Origin: Dehalococcoidia bacterium
GTDB taxonomy: Bacteria > Chloroflexota > Dehalococcoidia > SM23-28-2 > RBG-16-64-32
Assembly: GCA_034408935.1 (NCBI GenBank)
Contig: DAOUMV010000025.1
Location: forward strand, 99,593 to 163,592
DNA length: 64,000 nt
Direction: 5' to 3'
Shown: piece after piece, positions 1 to 10,445 of the stretch
How positions within the stretch are numbered: the first letter of the stretch is position 1
Layout: each line of letters opens with the position of its first letter
Position numbers and translations under genes: made by a program
The notes under the pieces: generated by a model
Told to the model about the DNA's origin: nothing
What the model saw: only the letters and a program-made list of their open reading frames with translations
Databases searched by the model: none

Positions 1-987
1 CCCCTGGATGGACGTCTCTCGGTAGGGCAGGTCCTCCCCTGCCGCCAACAGTATCTGGTCCGCTACCAGGTCTACCCCTGTGACCAGCTCTGTAACCGGG
101 TGCTCCACCTGGAGACGGGTGTTCATCTCCAGGAAGTTCACCTGGCCCTTCCGGTTCACCAGGAACTCCAGCGTGCCCACGCTGGTGTAGCCTGTCGCTT
201 GGGCTGCCCGCAGCGCCATCTCGTTGAGCTGCTGGCGCAGTCCTGGGTCTACGGCGGTGGACGGCGCCTCCTCAATCATCTTCTGATGCCGGCGCTGGAT
301 GGAGCACTCGCGCTCCCCCAGGGCGACGACGTTTCCTCGCATGTCGCCGATCACCTGGAGCTCGATGTGCCGCACTGGCTCTAAGAACTTCTCCAGGTAC
401 AGCGTCCCCTGCCCGAAGGCCGACGCCGCCTCCTGGCTCGCCGCCTCCAGCGCCGGCGGCAGTTCCTCTGGCCGGTACACTGCGCGCATGCCTCGCCCGC
501 CGCCGCCCCCCGCCGCCTTTATCATGATAGGGTAGCCGATGCCGGTGGCGGCGCTGGCCGCCGTCCCCTCGGACGTGACCTCCTCGCTGCCCGGCACTAC
601 CGGGATACCTGCCTCCTGCATGAGCTTGCGGGCCTGCACCTTGTCGCCAAGGATACGGATGGACCGTGGGGAGGGCCCCACCCAGGCCATATCGGCGTCC
701 AGGCAGGCCTCGGCGAAGTCCGCGTTCTCCGCCAGGAAGCCGTAGCCGGGGTGCACCGCGTCCGCGCCCGCCTTCCTGGCGGTCTCGATGATCCGTTCGC
801 CGTTGAGGTAGCTCTCCTGGGCCGCCGCCGGGCCGATGAGATACGCCTCATCGGCGTGGCGCACGTGGAGCGAGTTGCGGTCCGCCTCCGAGTAGACGGC
901 CACGGCCGTGATTCCCATCTCGCGGCAGGCCCTTACGATGCGCAGGGCGATCTCGCCGCGGTTGGCTATAAGAAGCTTCTCAAACAA
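1..987 (-). CDS. Biotin carboxylase (ATP-grasp; AccC-like or a carboxylase alpha subunit), 3' end outside the window
   Basis: The reverse complement of 900-987 reads LFEKLLIANRGEIALRIVRACREMGITAVAVYS, then continues GYGFLAEN and IMIKAAGGGGGRGMR. These are biotin carboxylase signatures. TTG start at 987. The gene runs off the window start. Confidence 0.8.
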   Translation of the reverse strand, partial: MFEKLLIANRGEIALRIVRACREMGITAVAVYSEADRNSLHVRHADEAYLIGPAAAQESYLNGERIIETARKAGADAVHPGYGFLAENADFAEACLDADMAWVGPSPRSIRILGDKVQARKLMQEAGIPVVPGSEEVTSEGTAASAATGIGYPIMIKAAGGGGGRGMRAVYRPEELPPALEAASQEAASAFGQGTLYLEKFLEPVRHIELQVIGDMRGNVVALGERECSIQRRHQKMIEEAPSTAVDPGLRQQLNEMALRAAQATGYTSVGTLEFLVNRKGQVNFLEMNTRLQVEHPVTELVTGVDLVADQILLAAGEDLPYRETSIQG

Positions 988-1104
988 GTGACGCTACTAT
1001 TGGCCGTTTCTATGGTGACTACAAAGGGCGCCTATTCATTCCCCTTGTATCATACCTGTCCAGAGCCTCGCAAGCGGCCGATTGTTAAGATTAGGAGATC
1101 AATG

Positions 1105-2847
1105 TCACGCTCTTTCCTCCACCTCCGCTCGCATCCGCGCGATGAGTCCCTCCAGCTTCATCGCGCCCAGGTCCTCGCCGCTGCGCAGGCGTACCGCCGC
1201 CGTCCCCGTCTCCCTCTCTCGGTCGCCCAGCACCAGCATGTACGGCACCTTCTGTAGCTGGGCATCGCGGATCTTCGCCTGCATCCGCTCCGCTCGCGGG
1301 TCCACCTCAGCTCGCACACCGGCTCGTCGTAGCGCATCCGCCACCGCGTTCGCGTGCTCGATGTGCCGATCCGCGATCGGTATCACCACCGCCTGCACTG
1401 GCGCCAGCCACAGCGGAAACGCGCCCCCGTAGTGCTCGATGAGCACCCCGAAGAAGCGCTCCATCGAACCCAGAAGCGCCCGGTGCACCATGTACGGCCG
1501 GTGCTCACGCCCGTCCTCGCCGATGTAGCTCATGTCGAACCGCTCCGGCAGGTTGAAGTCGAACTGGATCGTCGTGCACTGCCACTCCCGTCCCAGCGTG
1601 TCCAGCAGCTTGACGTCGATCTTCGGCCCGTAGAACACGGCCCCGCCCTCGTCCACGTCGTGGGGCAGTCCCCGGTCCTTGATCGCCTCCCGCAGCACAC
1701 CGGTGGCCATATCCCAGTCCTCCTGCGAGCCAGCGTACTTCCCCCCCGGTGATCGCGTGGAGAGGTACACGTGGAACCGCTCGAACCCGAAGGCGCGGAA
1801 GAAGAGCTGCATGAAATCCACGCAGCCCTCGATTTCCTCCTTGATCTGGTCCGGCCGACAGAAGATGTGCGCGTCGTCCTGGGTGAAGCCCCGTACCCGC
1901 ATCAGCCCGTGCAGCACTCCGGAGCGCTCGTAGCGGTAGACGGTGCCCATCTCCGCCAGGCGCATGGGCAGGTCGCGGTAGCTGCGCAGCCCGCTTCGGT
2001 ACATCTGAATGTGGAACGGACAGTTCATCGGCTTGACGTAGTAGTCTTGCCCGTCGATGTCCATCGGCGAGTACATGCTCTCCGTATAGAAGTCCAGATG
2101 GCCGCTCGTCTCCCACAGGGTGGAGCGGCCGATGTGAGGCGAGTATACGAGCTCGTAGCCGTGGTTGTAGTGCTCTTCCCGCCAGAAGTCCTCGATGATC
2201 GTGCGCACGCGGCCGCCCTTGGGGTGCCAGTAGACCAGCCCCGGCCCGTACTCCTCATGGAAGGAGAATAGGTCTAGCTCCCGCCCCAGGCGCCGATGGT
2301 CCCGCCGGAACGCCTCCTCGATCTGCTCCAGGTGGGACTGGAGCTCCTCCTCTGTGTCGAACAAGGCGCCGTAGATCCGCTGCAGCATCGGGTTCCGCTC
2401 CTGCCCTCGCCAGTAGGCGCCGGCCACGCTCATCAGCTTGAACGCCTGCACCTGCCCCGTGCGCTCCACGTGCGGCCCCGCGCAGAGGTCGACGAAGTCG
2501 CCGTGCCGGTAGATGCTCACCTTCTCGTCCTCTATGTCCTCGATGAGTTCCAGCTTGTACGGCTGCTCCGCGAACAGCTTCCGCGCCTCGTCCTTGGATA
2601 TCTCGTCGTGCTGGAAGGGCACGTCGGACTCCACGCGCTGGCGCATCTTCTCCTCGATGACCGGCAGGTCCTCATTGGTCAGGGCCCGCGGCAGGGTGAA
2701 GTCGTAGTAGAAGCCGGTATCGATGGGAGGCCCGATACCCAGCTTGGCGTCCGGGAATATCTCCACCACCGCCTCGGCCATGATATGGGAGGCGGAGTGC
2801 CGCAGCCGCTCCAGCCGCTCCTCTTTCGAAAGGTCATGGAGAGTCAT
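1105..2847 (-). CDS. thrS: Threonyl-tRNA synthetase, short form without the TGS domain
   Basis: Minus-strand ORF with the HxxxH editing motif (RHSASHIM), class II aaRS core motifs and a C-terminal anticodon-binding domain. I chose the internal ATG at 2847 (MTLHDLSKEERL) because a GAGGTG RBS sits 6 nt upstream. The longer 687-aa reading frame has no support. Confidence 0.9.
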   Translation of the reverse strand: MTLHDLSKEERLERLRHSASHIMAEAVVEIFPDAKLGIGPPIDTGFYYDFTLPRALTNEDLPVIEEKMRQRVESDVPFQHDEISKDEARKLFAEQPYKLELIEDIEDEKVSIYRHGDFVDLCAGPHVERTGQVQAFKLMSVAGAYWRGQERNPMLQRIYGALFDTEEELQSHLEQIEEAFRRDHRRLGRELDLFSFHEEYGPGLVYWHPKGGRVRTIIEDFWREEHYNHGYELVYSPHIGRSTLWETSGHLDFYTESMYSPMDIDGQDYYVKPMNCPFHIQMYRSGLRSYRDLPMRLAEMGTVYRYERSGVLHGLMRVRGFTQDDAHIFCRPDQIKEEIEGCVDFMQLFFRAFGFERFHVYLSTRSPGGKYAGSQEDWDMATGVLREAIKDRGLPHDVDEGGAVFYGPKIDVKLLDTLGREWQCTTIQFDFNLPERFDMSYIGEDGREHRPYMVHRALLGSMERFFGVLIEHYGGAFPLWLAPVQAVVIPIADRHIEHANAVADALRRAGVRAEVDPRAERMQAKIRDAQLQKVPYMLVLGDRERETGTAAVRLRSGEDLGAMKLEGLIARMRAEVEERA

Positions 2848-2852
2848 GTCAA

Positions 2853-3239
2853 TCACCTCTCGGCAGCATCTGTTTGTGTGCTGAACCTGTATACGGTTTG
2901 CAGCCTCACTATCAGGACTAGGAGATTCATCATGGCGGGGAACGGCAGGATTATAACTGCTATCCAATCCCCGCTCATGAGGGCGCGAGCCCACAGCCAG
3001 GCCATCACCGCCTGGAAAGCAAAGAACATGTAGTTGGCGACCGGATGCAAGAGCCGGTAGGAAAGCGGCCAAAGTGATCCGTCTCGCCGCATACGAAGCG
3101 AGGCTAGCCAACCTGACCACGGAACCAGGAAGTAGAGGAAGGTGAAGCGCCAGAAGCTCTTCCCCCACTCCAAACGTATGAATGCATCTACAGTCTTAAG
3201 CATGCTTAGCAGCCTCGCAGCCGTCGCAGCAGCCGCCAC
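2853..3239 (-). CDS. Hypothetical small membrane protein, W-rich, lower GC
   Basis: Hydrophobic 128-aa ORF. Its stop is 5 nt upstream of the thrS start, and the thrS RBS lies inside its 3' end, so the two look translationally coupled. GC is about 50%. No recognisable family. Confidence 0.45.
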   Translation of the reverse strand: MAAAATAARLLSMLKTVDAFIRLEWGKSFWRFTFLYFLVPWSGWLASLRMRRDGSLWPLSYRLLHPVANYMFFAFQAVMAWLWARALMSGDWIAVIILPFPAMMNLLVLIVRLQTVYRFSTQTDAAER

Positions 3240-3285
3240 TGCACCACAAAAAGCCCTTCGAAGCCTAGGTAGCGGTTCAATCGTT

Positions 3286-3867
3286 TCATGTCGGCGGAGG
3301 TTTCCTGATCATCTCCTTGAGAACCTTCCCCGGAAGCCGCCAGAATGTCTCAGTCCAATGCTCCCGGATACTCTCAATCTGCCTCTCATCGAGCAAGTAC
3401 CCGTACGTACGCGGGTCGCTAAAGAACAGGTATCTCCGCTCGATCGCCCCTATGGTCAGGCTGAAGCAGAATGCCATCATTCCCACGAGTAGCACAGTCC
3501 ATATCCAGTAGCCCTCAATCGCGGAAACTAGCACTAATCCTGTAATGCCGACCAGAGCCACTGTGCCCGACGACCACGAGAGAGATACCCAGAAGGCATT
3601 GCTCCCGATCAGCCGATGAATTCTCAGGATGCCGATGTTCGAGAGGAAGAATGCGGCGCCGGTGAGTACTTGCAGGACACTGAAAGCCTGGGAGCCATAC
3701 CCTCCCCCAAGCGCGATCGCGCCGCCTGTGACGAGTAAGAGTCCGAAGACAAGCCACAGTACGCTTGCACCCGAACTCCCTTGTGGGCGGGCCACGGGAA
3801 ACGCCTCCGGAAAGCGGTCGCGCCAGAGCCAGCCCTGGGCGAACAGCACCTGGAGCCAGAGCTTCAT
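3286..3867 (-). CDS. Hypothetical integral membrane protein, about 4 TM
   Basis: Internal start MKLWLQVLFAQGW. Several hydrophobic helices. The ATGA overlap with the upstream small gene suggests coupling. Confidence 0.5.
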   Translation of the reverse strand: MKLWLQVLFAQGWLWRDRFPEAFPVARPQGSSGASVLWLVFGLLLVTGGAIALGGGYGSQAFSVLQVLTGAAFFLSNIGILRIHRLIGSNAFWVSLSWSSGTVALVGITGLVLVSAIEGYWIWTVLLVGMMAFCFSLTIGAIERRYLFFSDPRTYGYLLDERQIESIREHWTETFWRLPGKVLKEMIRKPPPT

Positions 3868-4058
3868 CGTGCTGTCTCCCGCAGCCGCTTCAGCAGCCGC
3901 CACTGCACTACGAACAGCCCCAACGCTACCAGCGCCAGCACGACCATCGCTGCCAGCAGCCCCCACTCCTCCTCTCCCACCGCCAGCACGCCGAACAGTA
4001 CCGCCAGCGCCAGCATGCTCAGCGGCGCTGCCCACAGCCAGAGCCGCAGCAAACGCAT
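3864..4058 (-). CDS. Hypothetical small membrane protein (64 aa, 2 TM)
   Basis: MRLLRLWLWAAPLSMLALAVLFGVLAVGEEEWGLLAAMVVLALVALGLFVVQWRLLKRLRETAR. Its stop overlaps the start of the next gene. Confidence 0.4.
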   Translation of the reverse strand: MRLLRLWLWAAPLSMLALAVLFGVLAVGEEEWGLLAAMVVLALVALGLFVVQWRLLKRLRETAR

Positions 4059-4179
4059 CGACGGGCTGTCAGCCTGTGTCCCGTCTTTCACCTTCCTGCT
4101 TCCTTCTTTCGTCAAACGAAAGCCCCCCGACCGGTGGGACGGGGGGCGATCCGTGGTTCCACCCACTTTCCTCGCCCAG

Positions 4180-4212
4180 GCATCTACTGAGCCTGTCGAA
4201 GGGCGAGCTCCT
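4180..4212. repeat. Palindromic mini-element family C copy (reverse orientation) upstream of the membrane-gene/thrS operon
   Basis: The reverse complement reads GGAGCTCGCCCTTCGACAGGCTCAGTAGATGCC. Confidence 0.5.
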
Positions 4213-4497
4213 TGGGCCGCTAACGGGTGCCTCCGGGGCCGCCTACCGTCCCCGCCATCGGCGGGGCGTTCGACGGCCGGCTCGCGGGAGGTTTTCGCCG
4301 CGGCAGTGGGCTGGCACGCTCTCAGCCTGCGCTCGCCTCTCTGTCGCCTTGCCGCGACTACTCGTTCCGGTCTTCGCCTTTTGCGATGATCTGCACAGGC
4401 AATGGTAACAATGCCCCTTGGACACGTCAACAACGGCCCAGACCAAGCGCTTCCTGAAACCGGACGCAAGTCGTACAATAGGGGACGGCCTGGAGGT

Positions 4498-4574
4498 GGG
4501 CGATTAGCTCAGTTGGTTAGAGCGCAGCGTTGACATCGCTGAGGTCAGTGGTTCGAGTCCACTATCGCCCACCA
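4498..4574 (+). tRNA. tRNA-Val (anticodon GAC)
   Basis: Cloverleaf folded by hand: acceptor GGGCGAT/ATCGCCC, anticodon stem CAGCG/CGCTG, loop TTGACAT, T-loop TTCGAGT, encoded CCA. Confidence 0.9.
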
Positions 4575-4760
4575 CTTCGCTTACCCCTCTTAGGCTACTA
4601 GCCGCCCGCCGTCTTCAAGAACTTGCTCTTGATTCAGCACCCGGGTTGCGCCAGAATGGAAACGGCTGCCCCGGCGGCAGCTCATCGGCTGGGGTTATTG
4701 CCGCGTACGGCAAGCTCGTGATATACTTCGCAAACCTGGGCCCTGGCCAGCGACCGTCGC

Positions 4761-4836
<76 letters not shown>

Positions 4837-4861
4837 ATAGTGAGCAACCAAGATGGAGAAA

Positions 4862-4946
4862 GGGGAAGTGTCGGAACCGGTAGACGAGCGTGATTTAGGA
4901 TCACGTGCCGAAAGGCGTGGGGGTTCGAGTCCCCCCTTCCCCACCA
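4862..4946 (+). tRNA. tRNA-Leu (anticodon TAG), class II with a long variable arm
   Basis: GGGGAAG acceptor, anticodon stem CGTGA/TCACG, loop TTTAGGA, 13-nt variable arm, T-arm GGGGG TTCGAGT CCCCC, encoded CCA. Confidence 0.85.
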
Positions 4947-5021
4947 ATCGGACGCTGCCAGCCCTGCGACCACAGCGATTGGGCGGGCCTGTAGCCGCAG
5001 CCGCCGCTGAAGGAGGATCCG

Positions 5022-6032
5022 TTGGCCGAAGCGCTGTTGCGGGTTGATGACCTGAAAACCTACTTCTACACCGAGGAGGGCGTCGTCAAAGCCGTTGACG
5101 GTGTCACCTTCGATGTCGCGCCCGGCGAAATCCTGGGCCTCGTCGGCGAGAGCGGCTGCGGCAAGACCGTCTCCGCCCTCTCCGTCCTCCGTCTCATCCC
5201 CATCCCCCCCGGCAAGATCGTCTCCGGCTCCGTCCTCTTTGAAGGCAAGGACCTCGTGCGCATGGACGAGGACGGGATCCGCCACGTTCGCGGCAACGAC
5301 ATCGCCATGATCTTCCAGGAGCCCATGACCTCCCTCAATCCGGTCCTCACCATCGGCCGTCAGCTCACCGAGACCCTGGAGCTGCACCTGAAGATGGACC
5401 GCGGCAAGGCCACCCAGCGCGCCGTTGAACTCCTGGAGATGGTGGGCATCCCCGAGGGCCGTTCCCGCATCAACGACTACCCCCACCAGTTCTCCGGCGG
5501 CATGCGACAGCGCGTCATGATCGCCATGGCGCTGTCCTGCAACCCCAAGCTTCTCCTCGCCGATGAGCCCACCACCGCTCTCGACGTCACCATCCAGGCC
5601 CAGATCCTAGAGTTGCTCACCCGCCTTACCCGTGAGCTGGGGACCGCCGTGATCATCATCACCCATAACCTCGGCGTCGTCGCTCGCTACGCCGACCGGG
5701 TCAACGTGATGTACGCCGGCAAGATCGTGGAGGCCGCCAGCGCTGAAGCGCTCTACCATCGACCGCGACACGCCTACACCCTGGGCCTCCTCAGGTCCGT
5801 CCCCCGTCTGGACCAGGCCCGCAAGGAGAAGCTCGACCCCATCGAGGGCGTACCTCCGGATCTGGTGCGCGTGCCGCCCGGCTGCTCCTTCCGCCCACGC
5901 TGCCGCTTCGCAGTGGACCGCTGCGCAGAGGAGACCCCTCCTCTCCTCGCCATCGAAGACGGCCGCACCAGCGCCTGCTGGGAGTGGGAACGTGTGGCCC
6001 AGGCCACCAAATCCCGTGGTTCCGACCAGTAG
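5022..6032 (+). CDS. oppD: Oligopeptide/dipeptide ABC transporter ATP-binding protein (OppD/DppD type)
   Basis: Walker [18 protein letters not shown] signature, C-terminal oligopeptide-transporter extension with Cys residues. TTG start with an AGGAGG RBS 7 nt upstream. Confidence 0.85.
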   Translation: MAEALLRVDDLKTYFYTEEGVVKAVDGVTFDVAPGEILGLVGESGCGKTVSALSVLRLIPIPPGKIVSGSVLFEGKDLVRMDEDGIRHVRGNDIAMIFQEPMTSLNPVLTIGRQLTETLELHLKMDRGKATQRAVELLEMVGIPEGRSRINDYPHQFSGGMRQRVMIAMALSCNPKLLLADEPTTALDVTIQAQILELLTRLTRELGTAVIIITHNLGVVARYADRVNVMYAGKIVEAASAEALYHRPRHAYTLGLLRSVPRLDQARKEKLDPIEGVPPDLVRVPPGCSFRPRCRFAVDRCAEETPPLLAIEDGRTSACWEWERVAQATKSRGSDQ

Positions 6033-6040
6033 GAGAGAAC

Positions 6041-7069
6041 ATGGCTGTAGAACAGGCATCCAAGACGCCCACCGCTGGCCCCGGCAACAACACCATCGTC
6101 AAGGTAAACGACATCCGCATGCACTTCCCGGTCACTTCCGGCATCATCTTCCAGCGCCAGGTGGGCGAGGTTAAGGCCGTCGATGGCGTGAGCTTCGAGA
6201 TCAAGCGCGGCGAGACGCTCGGCCTGGTGGGCGAAAGCGGTTGTGGCAAGACTACCCTTGGCCGCGCCATCCTCATGCTCTACCGCCCCACCTCCGGCGA
6301 GATCCAGTTCGAGGGGCACGAGCTCACTCGCATGAGGGCCGGCGATATCCGCCGCATGCGCCGCCGCATGCAGATGATCTTCCAGGACCCCTACGCCTCG
6401 CTCAACCCCCGCATGAGCGTCGGTGCCATCATCGGCGAGCCCATCGTCATCCACAGCCTGGCCAAGTCCCGCAACGAGCGCCGGGACCGCGTGCAGGAGC
6501 TCATGCGCATCGTGGGTCTTAACCCCTACTACGCCAACCGCTACCCCCACGAGTTCTCCGGCGGCCAGCGCCAGCGCATCGGCGTTGCCCGCGCCCTCGC
6601 TGTCCAGCCCTCCTTCATCGTCGCCGACGAGCCCGTCTCCGCCCTCGACGTCTCCATCCAGGCCCAGATCATCAACCTGCTCGAGGAGCTCCAGGACAGC
6701 TTCGAGCTCACCTACCTCTTCATCGCCCACGACCTCTCCGTCGTGCGCCACATCAGCGACCGCGTGGCGGTGATGTACCTGGGAAAGATCATGGAGGTCA
6801 CCGACCGTGTGGAGCTGTACGACAACCCGCTGCATCCTTACACTAAGGCCCTCCTGTCCGCCGTGCCCATCCCCGACCCCGCCGTCGAGGCCCAACGCGA
6901 GCGCATCATCCTCACCGGCGACGTCCCCAGCCCCCTGAAGCCGCCCCCCGGCTGCGTCTTCCACACCCGCTGCCCCATCGCCATCGACGAGTGCAGGGCG
7001 CGCATACCGGAGTGGCGAAACGTCGGCACCGGCGCTAACGAGCACTGGGTCGCCTGCCACCGCGTGTAG
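6041..7069 (+). CDS. oppF: Oligopeptide/dipeptide ABC transporter ATP-binding protein (OppF/DppF type)
   Basis: Second ABC ATPase ([18 protein letters not shown]). ATG at 6041 is 8 nt after the oppD stop and has a GGAGAG RBS. Confidence 0.85.
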   Translation: MAVEQASKTPTAGPGNNTIVKVNDIRMHFPVTSGIIFQRQVGEVKAVDGVSFEIKRGETLGLVGESGCGKTTLGRAILMLYRPTSGEIQFEGHELTRMRAGDIRRMRRRMQMIFQDPYASLNPRMSVGAIIGEPIVIHSLAKSRNERRDRVQELMRIVGLNPYYANRYPHEFSGGQRQRIGVARALAVQPSFIVADEPVSALDVSIQAQIINLLEELQDSFELTYLFIAHDLSVVRHISDRVAVMYLGKIMEVTDRVELYDNPLHPYTKALLSAVPIPDPAVEAQRERIILTGDVPSPLKPPPGCVFHTRCPIAIDECRARIPEWRNVGTGANEHWVACHRV

Positions 7070-7099
7070 GTCGGGCGCCCCGCGTCGCCGCAGCCAGGG

Positions 7100-7345
7100 A
7101 ACATTCGATCAAAGGGTTTTTCGTATCTGAAGTTTGATGGAATGGGGGCCACCAGATACGGGGTTTGATCGTTTGGGGCGAAAACACCCGTTGCGAGGCG
7201 CGCGGGGTATTTAGAGTTTGGGGTCTCGCGGTCGCTTTCTCTGATCGTGCGTCGTTCATGGATAGGGGGCTGAGCGTTCGATCAAGCATTTCGTATCTGC
7301 GGTAGGTGCGCGATGCGGGAGTGTCGTATCCGGCGGGCGCGGCTT
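7100..7345. repeat. MITE-like intergenic repeat, family A (TIR CGATCAAAG / CTTTGATCG), copy 1 with a partial second copy
   Basis: 7106-7190 aligns at roughly 70% with 31736-31822. Both begin with CGATCAAAG and contain GGTTTGATCGTT(T/C)GGGGCG. Partial extra copies lie at 7276-7302 and 7323-7342. The repeat sits between the convergent 3' ends of oppF and the RM gene. Confidence 0.6.
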
Positions 7346-7574
7346 CCGGCGGCGAAAAGGGGGATGACAGAAGGGGGTTGGAGATGTTCATTATCCACAG
7401 ATGAACACACATGAATACAGATGATTCACAGATAGGGCCTCCCCACCCCGGGGCTCAGCGGCAGAAGCGCACAGATGGATGGGGAAAGGGCGCAGGTTCA
7501 AGGGGCACCTCCGGTTGGAGGGTAGCGGTTGAGGGCTGGAGGTCAAAGGGGGAAGGGGCAGTGGGCAGTAGTGT

Positions 7575-10445
7575 CTATGCCGGTTCCCGCTGGAGGTTGA
7601 GGGCTAGGAGGCGGGATAGGATATCGGCGTCGTGGGTGTCAGGGGGCCAGCCGTAGGCGGCGAGAACGGCGGTATCGAGGGCGGCGTGGGCATTGGCGAG
7701 CCAGGTGGGGCGCTGGTTGTAGAGGTTGGTGAGGGTGCGCTTCTTCAACTCATTTTCCGGAAGCGGCAGGCCGCCGACTGGGGCCGGGTTAAGCCAGCCG
7801 TCACGGAGCTGGTTGAGTTCCCTGGCGGCTTCAGCGATGGCTTCCCTCTGCTGGTCAGTGGGCTGCGGAAAGGGGAATGTCTCAAAGCAGGTGGTCGGGG
7901 TGTAACGGACGCCGCTTTCGGATTCTCTGAGCTGAGTGCCGGTGCCCCGCGCCCACACCTCGTGGACGTGGGAGTGGAGGATGCCGAAGAAGTAGTCGTC
8001 CTCGCGGGCGAAGACGATCACAAGGTTCTCAGCAAGTGTTGCCACCGGCAGCCACGAGAACAGGCGGTGCTTCGACACCATCGAGGTTGCCAAGTAGCGC
8101 TTCAGCCCAGCAAGCGCTGATCTCATAGCTGGGCGCGGGCGGCCGTGAATCCACCAGGGGTAGTGTTCCGCGTCTACAGAGGTCGCCTTCCGCCGCATGG
8201 GTTTGACGTGCCGCTTGATGTACTCGAACGGTGCTTCGAAAAGCGCAGCTTCTTCTTCAGCCGTACCTGGCGGGAAGTCGATGATCCACGAGTCGCGTCT
8301 ACGCTGGTTCAAGTCCCTGCCGTGAACCCACGGTCGCACGACATCAGCGTTGGTGCGTTTGTGTGGGTTGGGGCTTCGTAGTAGCCGCCGCGCGACTTCG
8401 CCTGAGATATCGAAGGGTCCCACCTTGGTGATTCCCATGAAGGAGATACCCAGGTTCTCCTTCAGGCGGCGGGCCCTTGTGAGGTCTGTGCGGTGGGTGA
8501 GGTTGGGGTTGATCCCCTCGACGGGGCGGGCTCTCTCCAGGGCGCCGCGGGGATCGTCGTCAGGCGTTTCGTTCAAGAAGCGGCGGGTTTCGGAGCCGTC
8601 GTCGAAGCCGACCATGGAGACGCGGACGGCGACACCGTCCTGAATCCACTTGCGGTCCGCCTGGGCGTAGAAGATGTCGCCGGTCTGCTTGATGCGCTCA
8701 AGGACGCGGCGGTTGGCGCCGCCGCGAATGGCCTGGGTGGCTAGGAGACCGGCGCGCGCGGCGCGACCGTCCTCGATGGCGGCGCGGGCCTTCTCCAACC
8801 AGTAGCAGCAGAGGTCTGATTCGCGGGCGACGCGTCCATCCCACACGGCGAAGAGCCGCTCAACATAGTCATCGCCGAGTCCGCGCCGGAGCATCTTGCC
8901 ACCGAGGAAGGGGGGATTGCCGACGATGATGTCGACCTCGGGCCAGTCCGGCTCGCGGACCCGTTTGGGGTCGCTGTGGTCAACGATAGCGTCCATGAGG
9001 CGGACCTGATCGAGGGGTTCGAGGATGGGGTCCTCATCGCCCAACGCCATGGCGTTGCGGTGCTTCCACTGGAGGTAGCCGATCCAGATGACGACGGAGG
9101 CGAGCTCGACGGCGTAGGGGCTGATCTCGATGCCGTGGAGCTGGCGGGGATGGACGCGGGGGCGGATGTCTGTGATGTCGTGGAGGGCGGCGAAGGCTAT
9201 GACCTCCTTTTCCAGGGCCTTGAGGAGGGCGAGGGAGACGTAGAGGAAGTTGCCGGAGCCGCAGGTGGGGTCGAGCACACGGATGGAGGCGAGGTGGCTG
9301 TGGAAGCGGGCGAGAAGGCGGCGGACATGCCGCCGCTTGGTGCCTTCCGGCGTGCCCCTGACATCGGCGGAGTGGAGGTAGTCTTCGACGGCCTTCTTGA
9401 CGCCATCCCACTCGCGACGGAGGGGGGCCATGAGGACGGGCTCGACGATGAGCTCGATGTCGGCGCGGGAGGTGTAGTGGGCACCGAGCATCTTGCGCCA
9501 GGCGGGATCGACGATGCGCTCGAAGAGGGTGCCGAAGATGGAGGGCTCCACGTCGGCCCAGTTTAGGGAGTCCAACTCTCCCAGGATGAGGATCTCGTGC
9601 TTGGTGACCTCGTCCGGCACGTCATCGTCCTCGAAGAGGCGGCCGTTGAAGTGGGGTATCTGGCGCATGGAGAACTCTCCGCCGCCGTTCATGACGCCGA
9701 ACAGCTCGGAGAGATGCCTGCGGAAGCCCTTGTCGTCACCGCCGGTCCTGTGGAAGGCGACGATGTCCGAGAAGGTCTCACGAGGGAGAAGGCCGACATC
9801 AGTGGCGAACATGCAGAAGAGCACGCGGGTGATGAAACGCGCGATGCGCATGTCGTCAACTTTCCACTTGCGGAGCTCCTCGGTGATCTTTCCGAACTTC
9901 CTAGCCGCCTCTTCCGTGATCTGCTCAGTGGTCTTGCGGGGCTTGAGGTCGTCAGGGCGCTCAAAGAGGGATTTCAGCACCTGGAGGGCGGTTGGGGAGG
10001 GCGCGTCTTTAGCGGGCGCGGAGACGGTTGAGACGGAAACCGGATCGTCAGACAGGAGGTCGGCGTTTGAGAAACGATATATCCACTTTTCGGTGTTGGT
10101 CCAGTTAGTGTGGACCTCGAAGCGATCGATGTCGCAGACGACGAGAAGGGGCGGATTGCCGAGGGCCTCGCGGTAGTCGCAGACCTGCTTGTAGGCGGCG
10201 GCGAGGTCTTTGCGCTTTCCCTTGTATTCCCAGGCGAAGTGGTCCTTCAGCCAAACGTCGGCGAAGCCTTCACCATCCGGTTTGAGGGCGCCCTTCTCGA
10301 AGGCGTAGATGTCGCCGCTGGGGTCGGCTTCGTTAGGCGTCTTTTCGTTCAAGAGGCGGCAGAGGTCGATAAAGTGTTCCTGAGAGACGGAGCGCTCGCC
10401 TCCCTTGGAAGCGGCCCACTTTTGGACGAATTCGGCAGGGGTCAT
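7575..10445 (-). CDS. Type IIL/IIG restriction-modification fusion enzyme, MmeI family (endonuclease, N6-adenine methyltransferase and specificity domain in one protein)
   Basis: About 956 aa. The N-terminus matches the MmeI-like pattern (AEFVQKW...[16 protein letters not shown]) with a PD-ExK motif ([13 protein letters not shown]). MTase motif I is [13 protein letters not shown] and motif IV is IVGNPPF; a long C-terminal specificity domain follows. The start is either ATG 10445 or ATG 10499. A TATAAT lies 7 nt upstream of 10445. Confidence 0.8.
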   Translation of the reverse strand: MTPAEFVQKWAASKGGERSVSQEHFIDLCRLLNEKTPNEADPSGDIYAFEKGALKPDGEGFADVWLKDHFAWEYKGKRKDLAAAYKQVCDYREALGNPPLLVVCDIDRFEVHTNWTNTEKWIYRFSNADLLSDDPVSVSTVSAPAKDAPSPTALQVLKSLFERPDDLKPRKTTEQITEEAARKFGKITEELRKWKVDDMRIARFITRVLFCMFATDVGLLPRETFSDIVAFHRTGGDDKGFRRHLSELFGVMNGGGEFSMRQIPHFNGRLFEDDDVPDEVTKHEILILGELDSLNWADVEPSIFGTLFERIVDPAWRKMLGAHYTSRADIELIVEPVLMAPLRREWDGVKKAVEDYLHSADVRGTPEGTKRRHVRRLLARFHSHLASIRVLDPTCGSGNFLYVSLALLKALEKEVIAFAALHDITDIRPRVHPRQLHGIEISPYAVELASVVIWIGYLQWKHRNAMALGDEDPILEPLDQVRLMDAIVDHSDPKRVREPDWPEVDIIVGNPPFLGGKMLRRGLGDDYVERLFAVWDGRVARESDLCCYWLEKARAAIEDGRAARAGLLATQAIRGGANRRVLERIKQTGDIFYAQADRKWIQDGVAVRVSMVGFDDGSETRRFLNETPDDDPRGALERARPVEGINPNLTHRTDLTRARRLKENLGISFMGITKVGPFDISGEVARRLLRSPNPHKRTNADVVRPWVHGRDLNQRRRDSWIIDFPPGTAEEEAALFEAPFEYIKRHVKPMRRKATSVDAEHYPWWIHGRPRPAMRSALAGLKRYLATSMVSKHRLFSWLPVATLAENLVIVFAREDDYFFGILHSHVHEVWARGTGTQLRESESGVRYTPTTCFETFPFPQPTDQQREAIAEAARELNQLRDGWLNPAPVGGLPLPENELKKRTLTNLYNQRPTWLANAHAALDTAVLAAYGWPPDTHDADILSRLLALNLQREPA

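Noticed and set aside
1105-3168. 687-aa reading of thrS with a 107-aa N-terminal extension
   Set aside because: The extension is Ala/Leu/Arg-rich shadow-like sequence with no RBS. The internal ATG at 2847 has a GAGGTG RBS and yields a normal TGS-less ThrRS.
3629-4478. Many overlapping 140-260-aa ORFs on both strands (e.g. 3629-4408 +, 3781-4389 +, 3864-4478 - long form)
   Set aside because: Pro/Arg/Ala-rich, typical of off-frame translation of high-GC DNA. Only the short membrane-protein frames show coherent hydrophobic helices.
4059-4497. Possible structured RNA (tmRNA / RNase P / 6S) in the 440-bp region before tRNA-Val
   Set aside because: I could not find the tmRNA tRNA-like ends, the RNase P GGAAAGUCCGG / AGGGUGAAA motifs or any other hallmark. 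The region contains a mini-element copy and a probable tRNA promoter. Left unannotated.
5774-7060. 428-aa minus-strand ORF and other antisense ORFs across oppDF
   Set aside because: They are antisense to clear ABC ATPase genes, with low-complexity G/A/D/V composition.
7381-7436. AT-rich block with CAGATGA-like short repeats
   Set aside because: Too short and irregular to call a CRISPR or iteron array. Noted only as part of the repeat-rich intergenic region.
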